A DNA stretch of 64,000 bases, from contig OZ024740.1 of NCBI GenBank assembly GCA_964016885.1, positions 196,726,001 to 196,790,000 of the forward strand, in the 5' to 3' direction. The notes below the pieces were generated by a model. The model did no database searches. It had not been told where the DNA came from and saw only the letters and a list, made by a program, of their open reading frames with translations. Shown here in pieces: positions 12,831 through 24,275 of the stretch. The position numbers were made by a program, and so were the translations under genes. Source of the stretch: Eledone cirrhosa. Its lineage: Eukaryota. Position 1 is the first letter of the stretch, and each line of letters begins with the position of its first letter.

Positions 12831-14100
12831 TATCCTTTTACGTCCACTTTTCCTTGCTTGCAAGGGTTGGACGGGTCCTATTCAGAACTGCATCTCTCCA
12901 CTTGTCACGGTCCATCGTCATCTCCTTGTTGAGTTTCAGCGATCTGAGGTCTGCTCTCACCACCTCCGCCCATGTTTTTCGTGGTCTACCTCTACTGCGT
13001 CTTCCTTCTACTGGGATTTCTTGGCACCTCTTTACCCAGCGGTCATCCTCCATGCACATCACATGTCCATACCATCTCAGCCTTCTCTCCTGCACACCAC
13101 AACTTATCCCTCTTATATACAGTTTCTTTCTCAACTCGTCTATGCTTGGTCGTTCATGCACATTGGCATTGCACATGCAACTGTCCATACTTGCTTCATT
13201 TCTCTCCAGCCGTCGCATATCTTCTGCAGTTGTTGCCCATGTCTCACTACCATGCAGTATCGCGCATCTCACACAGGCACCATATATCCCTTCGTCAACA
13301 GAGGAAGCAGCTCCCTAAACTTCTTCCAACCCGTCCTTATTCTAGATACTATGGCCTCGGCCCCCCCCCCCCCCCATGCTAATCTGATGACCTAGGTACC
13401 AGAAGCTATCAACCACTTCTATAGAACCCACATGCATTGGAAAAATGTGTTTATCACTGCGCTTACTACTGCAAACTTTCCCTGTACATCTACTGCATAC
13501 GTAGTTTTCCCTACCTGTTAGTTTGCCTGCTATCCCACTACATCTCTTGTGTACCCAACATTTGCATTGCGTACATTTTATGGAATCTATGCCAGTTCTT
13601 TTCCTACATATCGAACATGACCATTTCCCTGATGAAATCAGAGTATTGTCCTCTCTTCTACTTATCAACACTTTTGTTTTAGCTATGTTCACTCTCAGGC
13701 CTCTTGATTCCAACTGCTGTTTCCATAGCCAGAATTTATTCTCTATCTCCTCTACTGATTCTGCTATAAGAACCAGATCATCAGCATAGAGAAGTTCCCA
13801 TGGGCAGCCAGTCTTAAACTCCTCTGTTATGGCTTGGAGGACTATAATGAACAAGAGCGGGCTGAGGTCCGAACCCTGATGTACACCTACATCTGGAATT
13901 CCTCACTAAACTCCATTCCTATTCTCACTTTACTGACAGCACCCCTGTACATAGCTTGCACTGTCCTCACAAGCCATTCTTCTACAACTAGTTTCCTTAG
14001 GGACCACCAGATGACAGATTGGAGACCCTATCAAAGGCCTTTTCTAGGTCAACAAAAGCTAAGTATAGTGGCTTTAAGAATCTCCCTTATAGTTGCCTCA
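12797..14100 (-). mobile_element. RTE-clade LINE, 5'-truncated and frameshifted
   Basis: RT LLYADD, C-terminal HGSETW...RLRWYGHV...GRPRKTW, (GAT)n tail. Confidence 0.93.
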
Positions 14101-14299
14101 CTAATGATGTTTAGCCAACTTCTATGCTGACTCTGCAAGAGAGAAATAACTGTATTGTATATACCTTAGTATATTTAGTTTGTTATCATCATTTATACAT
14201 TTGTTTTTCCATGGTTAATCAGGTTGGACAAGGCTTTTTAAGCAGTATTTTTTTGCTGGATGGCTTTCCTAACCCCTTACCTATGGTCATGGATCTTGA

Positions 14300-14500
14300 G
14301 TAATGACCAAAAGATTAGCCAAGCTCATGGATGTTATCCAATCATCTTACTTGGGGTTTACTCCTTGGTCTCCTGCCAGTTGGTTTTACCTGTAAAATCT
14401 GTCCAGCGATTCTTTCCTGAGACATTCTAACAACATGCCCATAATATCGGAGCTGTGATCTCTCAATTTGGAGAAGTAGCGGCTCTACCTAGAGTGACTA
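14300..14500 (-). mobile_element. Second RTE-like LINE family, 3' fragment
   Basis: Same sequence family as 28380-28670, 44975-45155 and 47070-47360. Confidence 0.7.
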
Positions 14501-15734
14501 TCGAGTAATTATGTAATTTAGTATGGCATTTTGAAAAGAATAGCATGTTTTCCCAGAAAAACATATAAGAGTAAAATTTAACTGGAGTACCTCTCTGATC
14601 TCCGAGCTCACTCCAGGATGAGATCAGAGAGTCACTTCAGGTAGAGCCACTACTTCTCCGATAAGTGCATATATATATATACATATGTAATATATATATA
14701 TATATATATATATATGCATATTTGAAATTATAAATATAGAGAAAAAGTGCTCTTTACCAAATTAGTGAATATTATACTTTTATTAAATTACTGAGATTTT
14801 TCTGTTGCTACTCAGAGATTGTCGGGTGCATGATCAACAGCAATCTTGGAAACTCAGAGTAGCAACAGAGAATAATATCTGTAATATAATAAATATGTAT
14901 GTAGGTAATGTATATATAGATGTATATAGGTAGGTATGTGTATATCTTTTGTTGATATATACCAGTGAAAGATGTGAGCTCTAGCAAGAAAAATGAAGTT
15001 TTCTTGCCAGTTTTTATAGTCAATACTTTGTCAATCTCGCCGTCAGATATGCACTTATCCAGTGTTTAACCCATTGGAAACCTGTAACCAATGATGCTAA
15101 TGTCCAACAAATGTTACAATAGTAGCAGTTATCCAACTGTGACTGATGTTAATAATGCAGGAGATTAAAAAAAAAAAAAGAGAGAGCGATATAATTTGGT
15201 TTTCTGTTGAAAGCTAAAAATATATATTTAGTCTTGTATAATAAGCAGATTTCAAACTAACATAATTTATATATATATATAACCATTGTAACAGAAATAT
15301 ATATCATGCAATAAAGCAATTATGGTGAAATAATCCTATCTTAATTACTCTTAATTTGGTGTATATATAAGGATCGATCGACTTTCGTCAAATCGGACTG
15401 AGGAAACAATGTTTCTGTTGGTCTTTCCAGTTGCTAGTACTATCTATCGGTTGCAACTCCAGGTAGAAGGAGCAACGTCAAAAATAAAGTGTTTTGCTCA
15501 AGGACATAACGCATCGCCCAGTCCAGGAATTGAACTCACAACCTCAAGATTGAGAATCCAATTCTCTAACCACTCAGCCACACACCTTCAATATATATAT
15601 GCGAGCAAGACAATCACTCTTGCCTCAAGTGGGACTACCCCCGTCCAAACCCATGCAAGCGTGGAACACGGACGTTAAACGTTGATAAACGATAAACATA
15701 ACCATGTAACAGAAATATATATCGTGCAATAAAG

Positions 15735-16277
15735 CGTTGGTATGGCCATGTGATGCATATGAAGGACGACAGCTGTATAAAAAAGTGCAGGGCAATGAAA
15801 ATTGATGGAAGCTGCGGAGTGGGTAGACCAAGAAAAACCTGGGTCGAGGTGATAAAAACTGACCATGCCCACCTACACCTCTCTAAGACAATGACACTGG
15901 ATTGAGACCTTTGGCACCATCCAGTTGTACAGAAGACAATTACCATTGCATACAAACCTACAGTCAGTAGACACCTCTTAACTCAATGTAAACCCCACTG
16001 CCACACCCTATCCCACCCTCCCTCTCCCGTTCAGTCCACTGTGTCAATGATACAACAGTCCACACTGTAAGGTGGCCGTGTAAGAGACATGGTGAAAATG
16101 TTCCCAGTCCAGACTGTAAATGTGGTTGGTGTTAGGAAGGGCATCCAGCTGTAAAAAAAAACCTGCCAAAGGCGCTTCCGTGCGAGCGAGACATGGTCTC
16201 CTGACTATTCACACATCAAATGAACCACAACCGTCTAACCCATGCTAGCATGGAAGATGGACGTTAAACGATGATGA
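15735..16277 (+). mobile_element. RTE LINE 3' fragment with 3' UTR and (GAT)n tail
   Basis: WYGHVMHM..GRPRKTW coding remnant; same 3' UTR as 18505-18870. Confidence 0.85.
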
Positions 16278-17350
16278 TATATATATATATAGGAAAAGAT
16301 TCAGGACCCCGACGGCTGAGCTCCGGCCATTTCGACAGCTAGTTCTGAACTACCCACTCTACTATCCATAGTATCGAGTACTCTGGTGCATTATGGTACA
16401 CCTGGTTCCTTACCACACTTCCTTCCTTATATATATATATATAAAGTATTGAAGTTTCCGAACGAATGAGGGTGTTTCTTGTATTCGTCTTATTCGGGAA
16501 ACCTCTGGTAATGAGGTAATTATATTGTATTGTTTATTATACATTATATATATATATATATATATATAAAAAAAGCCTTCGTGAGCCCCTTTTTTTAAGT
16601 AAAAAGAAATTCACACACACACACAAGCACACAAATAAACATACATATCTTTACTTTCTTTATTCAATAGAAAATCTGAATTCTGACACCCCAGCGAACT
16701 AACCATATTCACTGAACCAGAACAATTCTCCCATCCCATTTCTCTTGACCATTATCTTTTGCTTGTCATAAAATTCTCTAAAAAGGCTACAGAATAGATT
16801 TCCAAATAAGGGTGCGAAAATTTAATGAAAACTTGTTCATGTGACAGCCATAATTTCATTTATAACCAATCAAATTACGTTTATTAAAAAAAAGCCTCCG
16901 TGAGCCCCTTTTTTTTAAGTAAAAAGAAATTCAAACACTCGTATATGAAAAAACAACCTGTGCCTCCCCCCCTTTTGTTTGAAGAACTTTGTAACGCGAA
17001 CTGGCGCGAAATTTATTATAATTATTGACCAACCAATCAAATTACTTCTCTAAAAACCTGGCATTTCGAGCCACTTTTTTCCATATAAAACAAGTAACAT
17101 TAAGAGACCAACCAGATGTGAGAAAAACCACAGACCCTCTATCTCAACTCTACTTTTGAAAAGCAGAACTGCGAAACCGGTAAAGGAACCAAATAAATAT
17201 ATATATATTTTTTTTAAAATAAGACTCCAGTTGCATTTTCGATTTCATCTTTTTTTCTTTATACTTTCACCTGTGTAGGACACCTCTGTTATTTTTCATT
17301 TTGTAAAAAAAACCTCACTTTCTAATATATATATATATATATTACTTTAG

Positions 17351-18870
17351 AAAGCTAGGAGTAGATGAATGGCTTGTGAGAACTATACAAGTCATGTATA
17401 AAGATACAGTCAGTAAGGTTAGAATTAACAACGAATATAGTGAAGAATTTAGCATAAAAGTCGGGGCTCATCAAGGCTCTGTCCTTAGCCCCCTCCTGTT
17501 TATTATTGCCCTTCAGGCTATAACAGAGGAGTTTTAGACTGGCTGCCCATGGGAACTTCTATATGCAGATGATCTAATGCTCATAGCTGAATCTATGGCT
17601 GAACATGGAAGCATGGCCTAGAATCAAAAGGCCTTAAAGTTAACTTGTCTAAGACTAAAGTTCTAGTATGTAGAAAGGAAAATAAGGCATAGGTGCCCTC
17701 TGGAAAATGGCCATGCTCAGTATGTAGGAAAGGAGTAGGTAGAAATTCCATTCTATGTCCCAAATGCAAACTATGGGTACATAAAAGATGTAGTGGGATC
17801 ACAGGAAAGCTATCTAAGAACGTAGATTTTATATGTGGCCGATGCTCAGGTGCAATAAGTAGCAAGTGCCCACAGGATACTAGCTCCTTCTACTAGCTCC
17901 TTCCATAGAAATAGTGGACACTTTCTGTTACATGGGTGACAAAATCAGCAGTGGTGGTGGGTGTTCTGAAAGTACAGTAGCCAGAGTTAGAACGGGATGG
18001 AAAAAGTTCAGAGAGCTTATACCGCTGTTGGCCACAAAAGGTTTCTCTCTGAAAATGAAAGGCAGACTGTATGATGCTTGTATATGAACAGCAATGTTAC
18101 ATGGCAGTGAGATATGTGCATTGTGTGCAGAGGACCTGCGCAGACTAGAAAGGAATGGAGCATGCATGCTCTGTTGGATGTGTAATAGTAATATATATGT
18201 ACGACAAAACATAAATGAACTAAGTGAGAAATTAGGAATAAGAGGGATCAGATGCTGTTTACTCGAGAGAAGATTACGTTTGTACGATCATGTGATGCGC
18301 ATGAAAGACGACAGCTGTATAAAAAAGTACAGGGCAATCAAAATTGATGGAAGTTACAGAGTAGGTAGACCCAGAAAAACCTGGAACGACATGATAAAGT
18401 CTGACCTTACACACTTGCACCTCTCTAAGACAATGTCACTGGATCGAGATCTTTGGCGTCACGCAGTATTACAAAAGACCCACCTTCCCTACATGCAAAG
18501 TTAACCTACAGTCAGTAGGCCCCTCCAAACCAAACACACCCCAACTCACTACCCCATTCCATCCTCCCACTTCTGCCAACACCACCCTTTCTCTACACAA
18601 CATCCAGTCCAAACTAATGAGATTGTGTAGGTGTCACAACAAAAAACACCAGTTCACACTATAATGTGGCCATGTAGGTAACATGGTAAAAAGTTCCCAG
18701 TCCACACTGTAAATGTGGTTGGTGTTAGGAAGGGCATCCAGCCCTAGAAAACCTGCCAGATAGTCCTATATGAGCGAGACATGGTCACCCGACCAATGTT
18801 GCCTCAAGTGGGACAACTCCCATCTAACCCATGTTAGCGTGGAAGATAGACGTTAAATGATGATGATGAT
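17351..18870 (+). mobile_element. RTE LINE, 5'-truncated
   Basis: VGAHQGSVLSPLLF, LLYADD, HGSE, GRPRKTW; 3' UTR and GAT tail. Confidence 0.93.
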
Positions 18871-19477
18871 CATCATTACCACTGCTAACAACAAAATACT
18901 TTTCTGTCAGAGTGAAGGGTAGACTGTATGATGCCTGTGTGCAAACCACAGTGTTACATGGCTGTGAAACATGGGCCTTGACTGCAGAAGACCAGCGGAG
19001 GCTAGAAAGAAATGAGTCAGGAGAAGTTGTCATACCTTTGACACAACTGAGCATCCGGTGGAATGTGAGACTATATATAAGCAAGACACAGGTCCCTGGC
19101 CTGCTTGGGCGATCAGTGGCTCCGCATCAGTAATGAACCCGTCCAACCCTTGCTAGCAAGTAAAGCAGATGTTAAAACGCTGATGATGATAATGATTCCT
19201 ATATAATGATTAGTGTTCATCTGCCACTCATCTTTATTCTCAAGAATCAATTTATATAGTGTTTTCACTCTCTCTCTCTCTCTCTTGTGTCAAGGTAAAT
19301 TACATTTGTTCCAGAATAGGTTGATGTAACATTGTTGTAAAACCTGTATTAAACTAGTGTATTGATTATTATTTTTCTGTCTATATTTTTTTGAGCCTTG
19401 ACACTTAAACATTAGTAGGGGCACTAATACTTCAACTGCTTCTGCAATTCCTTCAGATTTTAGATCTTGAAACTTAA

Positions 19478-19899
19478 CCCTTTTGATACCCTGGTCCTAT
19501 GGTACAAAAACTATAAGCTTTCCATAATAATTTAACCCTTTAGCATTTACAGTACTCTATACTATTATATTTTCATGGTAAAGGCTTTACCTAACATAAT
19601 TATCTCACATAATATCGAATCTATAAAATTTTGATATTATTTATTTTGAGGACAATAACATAACATCAGTACGAGTGGCCAGTTACTGCCAGTTTGAACA
19701 GAAAGAGGTAACAGAATTCTGGCTGGATATGGCAGGTTTAAATGCTGGGTTAATGTAAGAAAATTTTGTTATGTTCTATAACAGTTTAATATTGACAAAG
19801 TTAATTATATTACTAAATTGGTACAAATTCTTGATTATTTCCAAAATTAATTGATATACATAGACAGTGTATTTTATTAGAAATATGGTAACAAAAAGG
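19478..19899. mobile_element. piggyBac-like MITE containing a nested second MITE at 19536-19749
   Basis: Outer element TTAA|CCCTTTTGATACC...GGTAACAAAAAGG|TTAA; inner element TTAA|CCCTTTAGCATTTA...TAAATGCTGGG|TTAA. Confidence 0.75.
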
Positions 19900-20290
19900 T
19901 TAAGCTTCATTGGTTTCTTAGTAAATCCACTACTGGAGTTGGTTGTCTAAAGGCTGTGCACTGATTATATTTTCTGAGAATGCTGTAGCATGGCCAGAGT
20001 TTCAATGGTTAAAGCTAACTAAAGGATTATTATATTTTTCATCAATGATGCCATTGATAAAAACTGATAAACACTGAATTTTGATAAGGATGAACAGGAT
20101 ACAGAATCTACTTTTAAGTTTATAAACTAGACTGCATCTTTATACAGTCTCTCTCTTTCTTTCTCTCTGCCCTCCCCCTCCTCCTCACTCTTTCTCTTTC
20201 TTTCTGTCTGTCTCTCCTGCTCCTTGTATAGCTCTCTCTTTCTCTCTCTCTCTCTTTTATTTTACATGGATCACAATGTTACACACATAC

Positions 20291-21297
20291 ATCATCATCA
20301 TCATCATCATCATCATCGTTTAACGTCCATTTTCCACGCTAGCATGGGTCTGGATGGGAATTGTCCCACTTGAGGCAAGATTGGTTGTCTTGCTCAGGAC
20401 CGTCTGGCAGGTTTTCTACGGCTGGATGCCCTTCCTAACACCAACCACGTTTACAGTGTGGACTGGGAGGTTTTTACCGTGTTACCTACACGGCCACATT
20501 ACAGCGTGGACTGTGTGTTTTTTTGTCGTGACACCTACACGACCTCATTTATTTAGGACTGGATGTTGTGGTACCAACATAGCTTTACATCGAAAGGGGT
20601 GGGGGTAGGGTTGGGACGGGGGTGTATTTTGGTTAAGAGGTGCCTACTGACTGTAGGTTTCGCTTTGTACTTAGGCAAGGTGGGTCTTCTGTATTATTAC
20701 GTAGCGCCAAAGATCTCAGTCCAGTGACATTGTCTTGGAGAGGTGTAAGTGTGTGAGGTCAGATTTTATCAAGTCGTCCCAGGTTTTTCTTGGTCTGCCT
20801 ACTCCGTAGCTACCGTCTATTTTGATCGCCTTGCACTTTTTTATACAGCTGTCATCTTTCATGCGCATCACGTGACCATACCAACGTAGTCTTCTCTCTT
20901 ATTCCTAATTTCTCACTTAGTTCGTTTATGCTTTGCCGTTCGCGTATATTACTATTACACATCCAACGGAGCATGTAAGCTTCGTTCCTCTCCAGTCTGC
21001 GTAGATCCTCTGCACACACGGCCCATGTCTCACTGCCATGTAACATTGCTGTTCGTATGCAGGCATCATACAGCCTGCCTTTTATTTTTAGAGAGAAACC
21101 TTTAGCGGCCAATAGTGGTATAAGCTCTCTGAACTTTTTCCATCCCGTTCAGACTCTAGCTACAGTACTTTCAGAGCACCCTCCACCACTGCTGATTTTG
21201 TCACCCAGGTAATGGAAGGTGTCTACTATTTCTATAGAACCATCTGGGCAATGGAATGAGCTAGTATTCTGTGGGCATTTGCTGCTACTTATTGCAC
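20291..21297 (-). mobile_element. RTE LINE 3' portion, inverted relative to 17351-18870
   Basis: KGFSLKIKGRLYDAC..HGSETW; same 3' UTR and tail. Confidence 0.92.
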
Positions 21298-21509
21298 ATA
21301 TAAACATATATACATACACATACATTCATACACACATACATACATGCACACATGCATACAAACATACAAACATACATACACACATGGTGGCTGCCAACTC
21401 GTTTTCGAGTACGGCCACTACTTTATATCCATGTAGGAGAACCCCTACCAAAGCGCTGAACGAGTGTGACTTTTTAGTCCAACCAGCGACTTGAAAACTC
21501 TGGTACAAA

Positions 21510-21975
21510 CACTACACTTGTGACAATTATTGACACATAGTGCTGGGCCCATGGTACCATGTGACAACAAGTGCAGAGAGATCTCTAGATATAAAGCAAT
21601 GCCTGTGCCATGAAGCTTTTATAGTGAGCAAAGGCACTGCACAAAGCCTTAACCAAGATGATATTTACCAAAAAGAAGAACAAGTCAACATCATTGGATA
21701 CCATCAGGATTGCAGGTGTTATATCAGAGTTTTCCTTCTCCTAGAATTCTGCCTTGACAAAGGCTAAGGGGTCATCTCTCGCGGTGATTTTGGATGGCCA
21801 TTGACTCTTAAGAGTTCCTTTGCCCTTTGACAGGTTTTGTTTTTAGTCCTGCAGGATGTCCAAAGTCACCCTCCTCACCAAGAAACCTTGGCGGGGTTGC
21901 CAGTTTAGTCGCCAACGACCCGACCATGAGACAGGTTGTACTGGGATACATGTTAGCACCAACTGGTGACCTGAC
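21510..21975 (-). mobile_element. Probable LINE 5'-region relic; related copy at 53950-54300 (+)
   Basis: Shared blocks CATGTA.CC.AGTACAACCTG..TCATG...CTAAACTGGC and AACTCTT.AGAGTCAATGGCCAT. LINE origin is inferred. Confidence 0.5.
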
Positions 21976-22455
21976 ATACACACATACAAACATACATACA
22001 TACATACATACATACACATACATACACATATACACAAATACATGCACACACACACATACAAACATACATACATATATTTATATGTATGTGTGTGTAGTGT
22101 TGTGAAGAGACTTCATTAATTAATGGTGTTTGTTGTTACACACTTCATCTATAAGGGAAATCTTTGTATAATAAATTGTTGTTTAATATCAGGCCATCCT
22201 AGATGGTATTGACATATGTCAAAAGGCATTCTAACCATGACCATCTCATCTTTTATTTTGGCATAATTTATCTTGGGCTACATTATCGAATTGTCCTTCC
22301 TATTTTAAGATGGTAGCGTGTTATTTGAGATCTGGCTGCTATTTCTAGCAGATCGAGTGACTCATTAAAGGTTCCCATCATCGGTTCCTTATATCAGGGA
22401 TACATGATAGTGATGGAGTGGCAGAACCTTTAAATGGCCCATACAAAAGCCTTAA

Positions 22456-22792
22456 CCCTTTAACATTTACAGGAGAGAAGGTATGGACATGTGAGGCACA
22501 TGGAGGCTGACCGCTGGGTAAAGAAGTGCCAAGAAATCCCAGTAGAAGGAAGACGCAGTAGAGGTAGACCACGAAAAACATGGGTGGAGGTGGTGAGAGC
22601 ATACCTCAGATCTCTGAAACTCACCGAGGAGATGATGAAGGACCGTGACAAGTGGAGAGATGCTGTGCTGAATAGGACCCGTCCAACCCTTGCAAGCAGG
22701 GAAAAGCAGATGTAAGATGATGATGATGATGATGATTACTCTATATTTACTATTATATTTTCACAGTAAAGGCTTTACCTCACATGATACTG

Positions 22793-22826
<34 letters not shown>

Positions 22827-23003
22827 GTTTAACGTCTATCCTCCACGCTAGCATGGGTTTAGACGGAACTCTATTGATATTCTGATATTATTTATTTTGA
22901 GAACAATACCTTAACATCAGTATGAGCAACCGGTTAGGGCCAATTTGAACAGAAAGAGATGAGAGAATTCTGGCCGGATACAGCCAGTTTAAATGATGAA
23001 GGG
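22456..23003. mobile_element. piggyBac-like MITE interrupted by an RTE 3' fragment (22471-22735, +) and a (CAT)n tail fragment
   Basis: TTAA|CCCTTTAACATTTA...GAAGGG|TTAA; body matches 19536-19749. Confidence 0.78.
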
Positions 23004-23204
23004 TTAAGCTCTGGCATGATTGTGTGGTTAAGAAGTTTAATTAAAAATCATGTGGCTTCAGGTTCAGTCTCACTTTACCATATGTTTTTTACTATAGCAC
23101 TGAACCAACCAATGCCTGGTCACTGAATTTGGTTGATGGAAGCTGGAAGTAAACCCAGCATGTATATATATATATCTGTGTGTGTGTTTATGAGTGTTTG
23201 TGTG

Positions 23205-23235
<31 letters not shown>

Positions 23236-23594
23236 ATTGTTTCTACTTTTGGCACAAGGCCAGCAAATATCCAGTGCATTACTGGTACTTTATTTTATCG
23301 ACCCCGTAAGGATGAAAGGCAAAGTTCACCTCGGCGGGATTTGAACTCAGAATGGTAAGGGCCGTAACTCTATGCTAGAAAGCATGGCGTCCGACCCTCT
23401 ACTGATACTGCCAATCCACTGCCCTAAATAATTGTTTCTACTTTAGGCACAAGGCCAGCAATTACCCAGTACAGTACTGGTACTTTATTTTATCGACCCC
23501 GTAAGGATGAAAGGCAAAGTTAATCTCGACGGGATTTGAACTCAGACTGTAAAGGGACGTAACTATGTTGGAAAGCATGGCGTCCGACACTCTG
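23236..23594 (-). mobile_element. Two tandem tRNA-SINE copies (23236-23424 and 23430-23594)
   Basis: Near-identical to 9120-9306. Confidence 0.88.
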
Positions 23595-23758
23595 AATAGC
23601 CAAGATGAAAAAGTAAAAACATTTTATTCTTCTAATATGTGTTTGGTTTCTATAAAGATAAGCAGAAAAAATATAAAGGAGGAATAAAAATGGTGAAAAA
23701 CCTTTGCTCAAGCTCCATTATTCATTTCTAGATGTGTCTATATATTATAGTCTGAGCA

Positions 23759-23825
<67 letters not shown>

Positions 23826-23926
23826 CCAAAAGTTAAACAAGGTTCATTGATTAATCAATGAATATAGTTTTGCAATAGATTAGAAGCACTCAACAGAAAG
23901 TTTTCTGGAGTTATTAATATTAATTC

Positions 23927-24195
23927 AAAATATTAATAAATATAGACATTCAACGTAATCAAATATATTTTATTATATATATTTTGGAGGTACTGTGCTG
24001 TTTTTTCAGTACGTCCTCATCAGATAAAATATATAAATTGATGTATGACATACCTCAATATATAAATTGATGTATGTCATACATCAATTTATATATTTTA
24101 TCTGATGAGGACATACTGAAAAAACAGTACAGTACCTCCAAAATATATATAATAAAATATATTTTGATTACGTTGAATGTCTATATTAATATTTT
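23927..24195. repeat. Inverted repeat with ~125-bp arms (23927-24053 / 24072-24195)
   Basis: Arms are reverse complements with a few substitutions and indels; 18-nt spacer; flanked by (TA)n. Confidence 0.93.
24091..24162 (+). ncRNA. Minimal type-I hammerhead ribozyme motif, core-mutated; mirror copy on - at about 23963-24033
   Basis: 11-bp stem I ATATATTTTAT/ATAAAATATAT, CTGATGA, stem II GGACATACTG/CAGTACCTCC, AAAA in place of GAAA, palindromic stem III, ATA triplet. Confidence 0.6.
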
Positions 24196-24222
24196 ATATG
24201 TATATATATACGCATGTGTGTG

Positions 24223-24275
<53 letters not shown>

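Noticed and set aside
14802-14869. Hairpin with GAAACTCAGAGTA resembling a hammerhead 3' half; similar motif near 16450-16515
   Set aside because: No CTGANGA at the required position, so not counted as ribozymes.
15281-15735. ~35-bp direct repeat at about 15281 and 15700
   Set aside because: Best explained as a long target-site duplication around a retro-insertion.
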